Shown here piece after piece: positions 20,422-28,608 of a DNA stretch of 64,000 bases (positions within the stretch are counted from its first letter, which is position 1; the number at the start of each line of letters is the position of its first letter). Made by a program: the position numbers and the translations under genes. The notes beneath the pieces were generated by a model. The model was not told the origin of the DNA, did not search any database, and was given only the letters and a program-made list of their open reading frames with translations. This DNA comes from an uncultured virus (IMG/VR IMGVR_UViG_3300027733_000053). Taxonomy: Duplodnaviria; Heunggongvirae; Uroviricota; Caudoviricetes; Crassvirales. The stretch lies in IMG/VR virus record IMGVR_UViG_3300027733_000053; one strand, written 5' to 3'.

Positions 20422-22008
20422 TTACATTGTTGGCCCTTTTCTATGAACCTCAGCAATTAAGCATTCACTCGTTATAAGCATTCCTGCAACACTGCAAGCG
20501 TTCTCCAATGCTACTCGGACAACCTTAGCAGGGTCAATAACACCTGACACAAATAAATCCTCGTGCTTCATTGTCTTAGCATTGTACCCGATAAACTCAC
20601 CAGACTTAATCTTAGCAAGGATAGTATCATCTACAACACCACAGTTAACAAGGATTTGTCTCAATGGAGCTTCCATAGACTTAACTATGATGCTTCCACC
20701 AATCTTCTCATCATCATTCAAGTATTCAACGTTTTTAGTAGCCTCGATACATGACAACAAACAAGAACCTCCCCCAGCAACGATACCTTCCTCAATAGCA
20801 GACTTAGTCGCTCTGATAGCATCGTCAACACGGTCTTTCTTCTCATCCATCTCCACATCAGAAGATGCACCTACAGACATAATCGCTACACCACCTGTTA
20901 ATCTTGCAAGACGTTTCTTTAAACGTTCTGTATCAAAGTCAATCTTAGCGTTAGCAATAAGAGCCTTAACCTCTGTTTGTCTCAACTCTAAAGCTCCGTC
21001 CTTAGACTTTCCACCAATAAAAGATGTAGTGCTGTCAGATGATACAACCTTAGCGCATGATCCTAAGTGAGAAAGTTGTGCGTTCTCAAGCTTTGTTCCA
21101 AGCGTGTCAGAGACAACAGTTGCTCCCGTCATAGTTGCGATGTCAGACAAGAATTCAATTCTGTAAGCAGATGGTGGCTTAATAGCAGAGAACTTAATTC
21201 CGCCCTTAACCTTATTCATAATAGCGAAAGATAAAGCTTCTCCCGATAAGTCACCACATACAATAACAAAAGGCTTACCTGATGGTAAAGCTTTCTCCAA
21301 GACAGGTTGTAATTGTTTCACTGTAGTGATGTCCTCATCTGTAACAAGAACAGTAACGTCCTCGTAAGATGCTTCCATTTTCTCAGCATCGGTTACAAAG
21401 TACTTAGAGATATAACCTTTGTCAATCTGCATCCCATCAACAACACGAATACTTGTCTCTGCTGTGTTAGAACTTTCTACATCAATAATACCATACTCAC
21501 CAATCTTAGCAAACGCTGAAGCGATAAGCTCTCCGATGAATGGGTCGTTGTTAGCAGAAATGGTTGCTACATTTTTAATCTTTTCTACATCACCATCAAT
21601 CTTTTGAGAGATAGTTTTAATGTGTGACACAACTGCATTTACAGCCTTATCCATACCGCGTTTTACATCGATAGGCTTAGCTCCACTTGCAATCATCTTT
21701 AACCCTTCAGAAGCCATAGCTTGTGCAAGAACTGTTGCAGTAGTTGTTCCGTCACCAGCATCATTAACTGTTTTACGGGCAACACCTTTTATCATCTCAA
21801 CACCTACATTCTCAATAGCGTCTTCAACTTGTATTGACTCAGCTACAGACACACCGTCTTTTGTTACAGATGGGTCAGCTCCGTGATAGTTGCTAATGAT
21901 TACGTTTCGTCCTGATGGCCCAAGGGTTACCTTTACGGCATCCGCCACAGTGTCAAAACCTTTCTTTACTCCACTCTTTGCTTCTTCTTTTGATAGAATC
22001 TTTTTCAT
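20422..22008 (-). CDS. groEL: Chaperonin GroEL
   Basis: VTLGPSGRNV, VTKDGVSVA, AGDGTTTATVLA, EEGIVAGGG, GVIDPAKV. Confidence 0.97.
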   Translation of the reverse strand: MKKILSKEEAKSGVKKGFDTVADAVKVTLGPSGRNVIISNYHGADPSVTKDGVSVAESIQVEDAIENVGVEMIKGVARKTVNDAGDGTTTATVLAQAMASEGLKMIASGAKPIDVKRGMDKAVNAVVSHIKTISQKIDGDVEKIKNVATISANNDPFIGELIASAFAKIGEYGIIDVESSNTAETSIRVVDGMQIDKGYISKYFVTDAEKMEASYEDVTVLVTDEDITTVKQLQPVLEKALPSGKPFVIVCGDLSGEALSFAIMNKVKGGIKFSAIKPPSAYRIEFLSDIATMTGATVVSDTLGTKLENAQLSHLGSCAKVVSSDSTTSFIGGKSKDGALELRQTEVKALIANAKIDFDTERLKKRLARLTGGVAIMSVGASSDVEMDEKKDRVDDAIRATKSAIEEGIVAGGGSCLLSCIEATKNVEYLNDDEKIGGSIIVKSMEAPLRQILVNCGVVDDTILAKIKSGEFIGYNAKTMKHEDLFVSGVIDPAKVVRVALENACSVAGMLITSECLIAEVHRKGPTM

Positions 22009-22023
22009 AGTTGTTTTTTGTTT

Positions 22024-22281
22024 TTAATTTATTGCTAAAATATCTTCTTGTTGCATTATCATATAATCCTTACCATCAATGGTAATATCTGTTCCTCTAT
22101 ACTTTTGATACAATACTGAATCTCCTACCTCTACAAGAGTTGCTTTCTCTCCCTTTGCTACAATGATTCCCGACAAAGGTTTCTCTTGTGCTGAGTCAGG
22201 AAGTATTAATCCTCCAAAGGTTGTTGTCTGAGCCAAGTCCTGCTCTATTACTACGCGATTTAATAATGGTTTTATTTTCAT
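22024..22281 (-). CDS. groES: Co-chaperonin GroES
   Basis: IKPLLNRVVI..TFGGLILPDSAQEKP..G.IVA.G..VGD.VLY. Confidence 0.95.
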   Translation of the reverse strand: MKIKPLLNRVVIEQDLAQTTTFGGLILPDSAQEKPLSGIIVAKGEKATLVEVGDSVLYQKYRGTDITIDGKDYMIMQQEDILAIN

Positions 22282-23120
22282 AAGAATTTATAGTTTATAT
22301 CTTGTTCTGTTAAAAAGGAACACTCTTGCCCCCCGTAATTTAATCTGCTTGACACACCGTTAAAATAGCTAACCTTATCGCGTATTGCAACACCCTTTAT
22401 GTTCTCCCCTATATTATACACAATACCTATTCTTTCTCTTTCATTCTTTCTTTGTATAAGACCTCCGCGAGTTTCGTCTCCTGTAATGTCTATCACAAAT
22501 AATTTATTGTTAAGACACACCAATCTACTATTACGCTCTACAGCGATAATGTTTCTTAGCTGCATCCTGTATAAGTCTGTACCCAACAATTTAATGTCGT
22601 AGTCAGCATCGTTCGTGAAGAATACTGTGTCGCCCATTCTAAGACCACTCTCCTTAGCTTTCTTTGATAATGCAAACACTTTACCCGTGTTCCTTAGATA
22701 TGCTCTCTCGGTGCGTAAAATAAGCCCTCCTTCGGTCTTTGTGTGACTCTCAGGTTCTAACACTGGCTCAACGAATATATAATCCTCTAATGGTTCCAAC
22801 TTTGAATTAACAATCTTTGCCCATATGTGATAGTATTCACACTGAAACAAGGTCTCATCATTATATTTAACTTTATTGTCATCCTGACAAACGAAATGGT
22901 GCATCACAACGATGTCTCCCACGTTTACAGGATTGTCATAACTATGCTCTGAATCTATGATTTGTGGACTAAGGATGACCTCCCCAATCTGTTCTGCGTG
23001 ACGGTACTTATCAAAGTCAGTATCTATAACTAACTTCTCCCCGTTAATTCCTGTGATAGACGACACCCTTTTAGAGTCCACGTCTGCACGGATCAAGAAT
23101 AAATCTTTGATTAATTTCAC
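22278..23120 (-). CDS. Protein with three tandem GroES-like domains
   Basis: Three ~90-aa units; units 2 and 3 carry T.GGLI mobile-loop and G.V..G/D.V motifs. Confidence 0.65.
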   Translation of the reverse strand: MKLIKDLFLIRADVDSKRVSSITGINGEKLVIDTDFDKYRHAEQIGEVILSPQIIDSEHSYDNPVNVGDIVVMHHFVCQDDNKVKYNDETLFQCEYYHIWAKIVNSKLEPLEDYIFVEPVLEPESHTKTEGGLILRTERAYLRNTGKVFALSKKAKESGLRMGDTVFFTNDADYDIKLLGTDLYRMQLRNIIAVERNSRLVCLNNKLFVIDITGDETRGGLIQRKNERERIGIVYNIGENIKGVAIRDKVSYFNGVSSRLNYGGQECSFLTEQDINYKFL

Positions 23121-23153
23121 GACTGTTTAATTTAACTATACTTAACTTAACTA

Positions 23154-23429
23154 TTATCTTACAATAACAACTGACTGACTTAAGTCATACTCTATCGTTA
23201 CAGGAACTCCATCCAAACCTTTCCACAATATCTTCTCTCCTTCTCCGTTAATCTGAACGTATATTAAAAATCTTACTTTGCCAAAGATATGAAATTGATT
23301 GATATCCTCAACAATATCTGTGATTAAATTTTTACCTATTCTATTCCCTACAACAAAGGCTAATCCCTCGTCCTTAGGATTGTGCCCAACGACAAGCTTT
23401 CTGATTATTCCTGCAGGTGTAGTTTCCAT
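23154..23429 (-). CDS. Conserved hypothetical phage protein
   Basis: IIRKLVVG...LWK...P.TIEYD. Confidence 0.6.
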   Translation of the reverse strand: METTPAGIIRKLVVGHNPKDEGLAFVVGNRIGKNLITDIVEDINQFHIFGKVRFLIYVQINGEGEKILWKGLDGVPVTIEYDLSQSVVIVR

Positions 23430-23445
23430 TATTAAAATAGTTTAT

Positions 23446-23832
23446 TTAATCCCAAGTATATGTACCTGAATCCCGATCCAATTTTGGAAGCCTTCCTCCT
23501 GTTTGCTTTCCTTTATCGTATTCATCCTTTTCAATTTCACGTACGCTTTTAGTCCCACGAATATCATAAGTTCTGCTTTTTAGTGAACCATCGCCTCCAG
23601 GCAAGGTAGCTCTATAATATTTAGACACTCCACCACTAGACACTTCTTGGTAATGCTCAAATGGCTCGTCATCTTTTACACTCTTTGACCTAGCACCTGA
23701 AGCAGAAACGCCAGACAAAACAATTTTTGTACTGTCTACTTTAGGAGTAACAGTTTGTTTCATCATTAATTTGTTTCCAGAAGCAGCTTTTTTATTTTTC
23801 TCGGGGTCTCCGTTTAATGTTAACATTGCCAT
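23446..23832 (-). CDS. Hypothetical protein
   Basis: ORF in operon. Confidence 0.55.
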   Translation of the reverse strand: MAMLTLNGDPEKNKKAASGNKLMMKQTVTPKVDSTKIVLSGVSASGARSKSVKDDEPFEHYQEVSSGGVSKYYRATLPGGDGSLKSRTYDIRGTKSVREIEKDEYDKGKQTGGRLPKLDRDSGTYTWD

Positions 23833-23854
23833 GATTATTTATTTTTAGTGTTAT

Positions 23855-24127
23855 TTAACAATTCCATTTTTTTAAAGAAAGAGCTTTTCTTGTAGGTCTT
23901 CCTTTCTCATCTTTCATTGGCCCTGAAACTCCAGACATTCTTGCACAAAAAGATTTTCTTCTTTTAGCATCTTTGCTGTTGGGATCAAGCTTAGATGGCT
24001 TAGTTGTAACAGCCATTTTAAGCTTACTGCCAGGATGTTCTTTTCTATAAGAGGCAACACCCTTAGCATTTAATCCTCCTGTTTTATTTTTACCTTCCTT
24101 GCGAGTCCAAGCAGCTGTTTTTGACAT
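23855..24127 (-). CDS. Conserved small basic phage protein
   Basis: WTRKEGKN..GGLNAKG, RRKSFCARM motifs. Confidence 0.7.
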   Translation of the reverse strand: MSKTAAWTRKEGKNKTGGLNAKGVASYRKEHPGSKLKMAVTTKPSKLDPNSKDAKRRKSFCARMSGVSGPMKDEKGRPTRKALSLKKWNC

Positions 24128-24165
24128 TATTGCTGTTTTATTTAGACAAATATAATGAATTATTA

Positions 24166-24546
24166 TTATTGATTGTCATCCACAACAATATATTTATGAG
24201 AAAACTTTCCTACTCTGCAAGGCACAGGGTTATTCCCAATAATCTTCATATATGTTGAATCTACATCAATAGATAAAACAGTAAGCGTTCTGTAATCAGG
24301 AATATCATTTCCATTTTTATCAATAGTTACATACGTTACAGAGTCAACGATAGTAAAACTTCTTCTGATTATAGAATCAACAGTTATTACTGGATTTCCT
24401 GGAAGAATCTTTTGGTAATACAAAACAGGTTTTCCATTTAAACTGCCTGCATGAAAGCTGTACCCGTTTTTATCTACTTGAGATACTGCTTTGTTAGTAA
24501 AAATTGTAGTCAATGCTACTGCTAAAATTAAGATTGAAGTTTTCAT
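24166..24546 (-). CDS. Secreted protein (signal peptide), moron-like
   Basis: MKTSILILAVALTTIFTNKAVSQ; own ECF-type promoter after a terminator. Confidence 0.6.
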   Translation of the reverse strand: MKTSILILAVALTTIFTNKAVSQVDKNGYSFHAGSLNGKPVLYYQKILPGNPVITVDSIIRRSFTIVDSVTYVTIDKNGNDIPDYRTLTVLSIDVDSTYMKIIGNNPVPCRVGKFSHKYIVVDDNQ

Positions 24547-24581
24547 AGTTTCTAAGTTTTAAGTGGTTATTTGATTAGTTT

Positions 24582-24606
24582 AACGCAGGAGTTACGATAA
24601 AGTTAC
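24582..24606 (-). promoter_or_regulatory. ECF-type promoter GTAACT-N15-CGTT
   Basis: Matches the genome-wide GTAACC-N15/16-CGTA family. Confidence 0.55.
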
Positions 24607-24648
24607 AATAATCGCAAAAATAATTATAACTCACTGATTATCACAAAG

Positions 24649-24686
24649 AAAAAATCCTCCCGAAATTAATCAGGAGGACTTTTTTT
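24649..24686. terminator. Intrinsic terminator, possibly bidirectional
   Basis: TCCTCC/GGAGGA stem flanked by A and T runs. Confidence 0.7.
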
Positions 24687-24696
24687 GTAAATTATA

Positions 24697-25839
24697 TTAC
24701 TTATTCAAGTCAGCTTTTAACTGTGCCAACACTGTTGGTGTTGTCTTTAAAATCTCAATCCAATCCTTTTTCGATTTGTTTTGATCTTTGTAAGTATACC
24801 ACATTGGCTTCTTAAACGTGATACAGCCCTTCTCTACACCTTTTTCAAGGTAAGCTAAAGCTTCATCGTTAGTAATGTCAGTTAACACAACCTGTGGAAT
24901 TACAGGCATAGTCTCTAACTTAATCTTAGCTAACTCCTCAGCAGATGGTGTATTAACAAGCTCTGTAGGAACCTTTACAATCTTTTCTTCAGGTCTCATT
25001 ATTCCCATAAGTGCTTGGAATACTTTCTCCCCGTTAACTGTAAATGATGCATCTACGAAATCATCAACCATATCTTTACCGATAGGTGCTTGTGTAATTA
25101 CTCCTCCATCTCTCCAAGAGATAGTATTTGTTTGCGAGTTCTTCTTCAAGATACCTTGATTGATAGCCTCCATAACGAAGTATTTACGCTTCATGTTCTT
25201 GCTATTTAATCCATCCAAGAATGCTTTAGGATTCTCTTTTGCACGCATTCTTAAAGAATAACGAATCTCTGCAGGGTCTTTATCTAAAGACATACCTAAT
25301 ACCATTGCATAAGCTGCAACTTCATCCCATGCTCCTTTGTAGCAGAAGTGTTGTGCTTCAGATGCTAACTCATCGCTTTCCATTACTGACTTCAAGCTCT
25401 CACCTGGATCAACTGTAAAGAATGCTGCACGTACTGCTTTATCTCTGTTCGGGTTGCTACCATTCTTGTTGGTAAGCATTAAAAATTTAATCAACAATGT
25501 CTCACGACCTCCGATTAATTTATCTCCGTTAATAAATTCTAAGTGAAAATTTTGTTTCGGTACTTTATCGTCAGGCGTTTGCTCATCTTTAAAGATAGAC
25601 ATTTCTCCTGGTATGTAACGGATTGTTCTCATCATATTCTTTTCTGTATCATAAATATTGTCTTCCAACAATAAACGATAAGATGGTGGATAGTGAGCAG
25701 CAACTCCTCTTCCTGATGAATAAGATGGTCTTTGATTGATGTGGTTCAATACGAATATAAATTGTTTCGTATCGTAACGGCCTGATTTAAAATCGGCATA
25801 GGAACCCAACTTATGTTGAGCAATTGTGGATGTTTCCAT
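24697..25839 (-). CDS. Conserved capsid-associated protein downstream of MCP
   Basis: RTIRY..GE.SIFKDEQ, A.ENP..FL motifs; synteny. Confidence 0.6.
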   Translation of the reverse strand: METSTIAQHKLGSYADFKSGRYDTKQFIFVLNHINQRPSYSSGRGVAAHYPPSYRLLLEDNIYDTEKNMMRTIRYIPGEMSIFKDEQTPDDKVPKQNFHLEFINGDKLIGGRETLLIKFLMLTNKNGSNPNRDKAVRAAFFTVDPGESLKSVMESDELASEAQHFCYKGAWDEVAAYAMVLGMSLDKDPAEIRYSLRMRAKENPKAFLDGLNSKNMKRKYFVMEAINQGILKKNSQTNTISWRDGGVITQAPIGKDMVDDFVDASFTVNGEKVFQALMGIMRPEEKIVKVPTELVNTPSAEELAKIKLETMPVIPQVVLTDITNDEALAYLEKGVEKGCITFKKPMWYTYKDQNKSKKDWIEILKTTPTVLAQLKADLNK

Positions 25840-25870
25840 TTTGTTTAATTTAATTTAATTGTTAAATAAT

Positions 25871-25915
25871 AAAAAAAAAGAATTAGCGAAACAACCGAAG
25901 TCATTTCGCTAATTC
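25871..25915 (-). terminator. Terminator after the major capsid gene
   Basis: GAATTAGCGAAA/TTTCGCTAATTC stem plus U9. Confidence 0.8.
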
Positions 25916-25923
25916 CTTTAGAA

Positions 25924-27348
25924 CTATGCAGGAGTAACCCAAACAAAACGTCCTGGTGCGAATCCTTCGAATCCGAAGTGACTTCTCCAGTTGATTTGTA
26001 AGCTATCTTCGCTATTAGTGTAAACACCGTTAGCACCACCTGTTGGCCATTCTTCCCAATCGCGTGAGTATGTTCCGCCAGCTTTAGACTGAGACACATA
26101 ATTCATACGAATAGATGGCACTGTTTCTTTTTTATCATCAGGCCCAAATGAATGAACTGATTTATCCATTGGAATAACTACTGCTGATTGAACGTAAGTT
26201 TGACCTGCAGCACCTAACATATTTTTGTAGTTGAATACATCATATGTTTTCAAGTGATAAGTGTAACCTTGAACTAAGAAAGAATCAAAAGAGAAATTCA
26301 CGAATTGATCTTTTCCGCCTGAGAAAGCACCGTATTGAACACCGCCATTTTTCATTTCGATAGAAACGAAGTTATCGATACCTACGCGCAATTGAATACC
26401 TGAATAAACAGCGTTTTCTTTAGCACCACGATATTTATCGATTTGGTCAGTAGTCATTGTTTGCCAATCAGCTTTAGTAATACCTGTTACAGCATTGTAA
26501 GTAGTTGTGTTACCGTAGTTTTGAACGAAAGGAATCATACCTTCAGTCTTAGTCAACGTTGGTTGAGCAGTAGCAAGAGTTGTGTTTGTCACTTTTTTAC
26601 CAGTGATTAACGCTACCTCACGTAAGTTACGAGAAGCTCTGTATGCATCATGTTGACCTTTGTAGTAATACAAGTAACCCATTTGTCCGTTAAGACCTTC
26701 TACTTCAACCCAGATTTCTTCACCTAAAGAAGTACCTGTTGACTTGTTACTTTCTTTCAAGATTTGCATGTTGTTAACGTAACGGTTAACTCTACGTGCT
26801 TGAGAAAGTGGTTGGTCAGTACCCTCTTGATGAGCGTTACCTGTGATGATGATAGTGTCAGTTGTTAATACTGCAGGAATTGCTTCTCCTAAAACAACAG
26901 GAGTTACATCAAATGTAGAACCTGAAATTGCTGTTACTTGAGCCTCAACACCGTTAGGAAATTTAACAGTATCTTGTAAACGAACAGGATTTGTTGTGCC
27001 ACCCATTGGTGCTGTACCTACTACTAAGTAAGGAGATACTGCAGATGAAGGCCAAGTGTAAGTGTAGCCTGTAGAAACAGTTAACGTAACTGTTGCATTA
27101 GCTGCTCCAGCATCTTCTGCATCACACTTAAGAACTTCATGCAACCAATCTTCTTCAGAGTGCATGTACTCAATCCCTGAAATTGGATTCCATCCGCCAA
27201 GCTCATTCATTAAGCCTGTCATGTTTTGGTCTCCTAATGCCTTGTACAATTTAGAATCGTACTGAGGTTTTAATAAATTGTACAATTGTGCTGAACCTAC
27301 CCAGTTGTGGGAAGTTACTGCTTGTACCATACTTGGAACGCTTGCCAT
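25924..27348 (-). CDS. Major capsid protein
   Basis: 474 aa, strong codon bias, portal-scaffold-MCP order, TKTEG..., F.SF...GYTY motifs. Confidence 0.85.
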   Translation of the reverse strand: MASVPSMVQAVTSHNWVGSAQLYNLLKPQYDSKLYKALGDQNMTGLMNELGGWNPISGIEYMHSEEDWLHEVLKCDAEDAGAANATVTLTVSTGYTYTWPSSAVSPYLVVGTAPMGGTTNPVRLQDTVKFPNGVEAQVTAISGSTFDVTPVVLGEAIPAVLTTDTIIITGNAHQEGTDQPLSQARRVNRYVNNMQILKESNKSTGTSLGEEIWVEVEGLNGQMGYLYYYKGQHDAYRASRNLREVALITGKKVTNTTLATAQPTLTKTEGMIPFVQNYGNTTTYNAVTGITKADWQTMTTDQIDKYRGAKENAVYSGIQLRVGIDNFVSIEMKNGGVQYGAFSGGKDQFVNFSFDSFLVQGYTYHLKTYDVFNYKNMLGAAGQTYVQSAVVIPMDKSVHSFGPDDKKETVPSIRMNYVSQSKAGGTYSRDWEEWPTGGANGVYTNSEDSLQINWRSHFGFEGFAPGRFVWVTPA

Positions 27349-27386
27349 AATTTTTATCGGGTTTCTTAAACCCTCTTTTTAGTTGT

Positions 27387-28538
27387 TTATAAATTTTTTT
27401 CTACCTGTTGTCTAGCTTTCTCTCTCCAGTCAACTGTTGTTACAGTAGGTTGAGAGTTAGCTTCGAAATGCGTATTCTTAATCGTTTTTACTTCTTGTTC
27501 TCTTCCTTTCGCAAGAGCATTGTTGTGTGCTGTTTTAGTAATTGCTTCTCTGTTTTTCAAATACACAATCGCCTCAAACACTTTCTTTTGATCGATGTTT
27601 CCCTTTTCATCTGCAAACTGATTCCAAAATACGTTGATGTTTTTAGGCATCTCCTTCAACATGTCTGCAGCATATTTCCTATCTGCGTCTGACACTTCGA
27701 ATTCTACGGCATCTTTGTCGTCAATCTTTGTAGATAATTTGATTACATCTTTCGATAACCCCTCAACATAATTCTCCCAATTTTCTTGAGCTTGTCTGTC
27801 TGACTCAGCTCGCTGATTTATCTCGTTAGGATCAGATTGTTTGGTTAATAATCTTTCATTCTTATAATTAATAAGGAAATCCTTATCTAATTCTGCTTTT
27901 TGTAATAACATTTCAAGGGATGCATTGTCCTCGTCTGTCATATCATAATCTTCTTTCGTTACCCACTTGCCATCTATCTTCTCTGCCCACGATTCAAGGT
28001 CATATTCATTCTTTAACTTTAGCTCTAATGTTCTATCAGATAACCCTTTAAATTCAGGCTGAAGCTTCATTGCCTCAAGTCTAACTTGAATAGGGTCTTC
28101 CATAGACTCATAATCTTTAGATTGTAGTTCAAAGAATTCTCTGCTTGTTACATCGACTCCTTTTTCTGCCAATTCATTAAGATACTCTATCTGTTCGTTA
28201 GCAAACTTTTTAGAGGCAGGTGTATTAGCTAATGCTTCTACTTCTTCCCACGACTTGAATTTACCTGCTGAACGCTCAGCTAATGTCTCTTCAAAAGACT
28301 TTGTTACAGAATCTCCTGACGGAGTAGTTTCTGTTTTTGTTGTATCGATAGGCTCAGCCTTAATCGGTTCAACTGTTTCGTTTGTCAAAGAACTTGCTGT
28401 AGTATCCACCGCTGGGGCTTTTACTTCAGGTGTTATATCATTTGTGACGTTCATAAATTCGCTTCCTTCAGTGTTGACGGTAGCTCCCTTCATTGCGTCT
28501 CTTAATCCTGCTTGGATTTCTTCTTCTAATGTTGCCAT
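27387..28538 (-). CDS. Scaffolding-like acidic protein
   Basis: Very acidic, between portal and MCP. Confidence 0.6.
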   Translation of the reverse strand: MATLEEEIQAGLRDAMKGATVNTEGSEFMNVTNDITPEVKAPAVDTTASSLTNETVEPIKAEPIDTTKTETTPSGDSVTKSFEETLAERSAGKFKSWEEVEALANTPASKKFANEQIEYLNELAEKGVDVTSREFFELQSKDYESMEDPIQVRLEAMKLQPEFKGLSDRTLELKLKNEYDLESWAEKIDGKWVTKEDYDMTDEDNASLEMLLQKAELDKDFLINYKNERLLTKQSDPNEINQRAESDRQAQENWENYVEGLSKDVIKLSTKIDDKDAVEFEVSDADRKYAADMLKEMPKNINVFWNQFADEKGNIDQKKVFEAIVYLKNREAITKTAHNNALAKGREQEVKTIKNTHFEANSQPTVTTVDWREKARQQVEKNL

Positions 28539-28569
28539 GTTTATTTAAATTTAATTTAACTATTATTTA

Positions 28570-28603
28570 CAAATATATATTGTTATTTAGAATGATTATA
28601 AAT
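28570..28603 (-). promoter_or_regulatory. -7 promoter plus Fur/PerR-like box
   Basis: CAAATATA at 28570; ATTTAGAATGATTATAAAT at 28585. Confidence 0.7.
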
Positions 28604-28608
28604 TAGAG

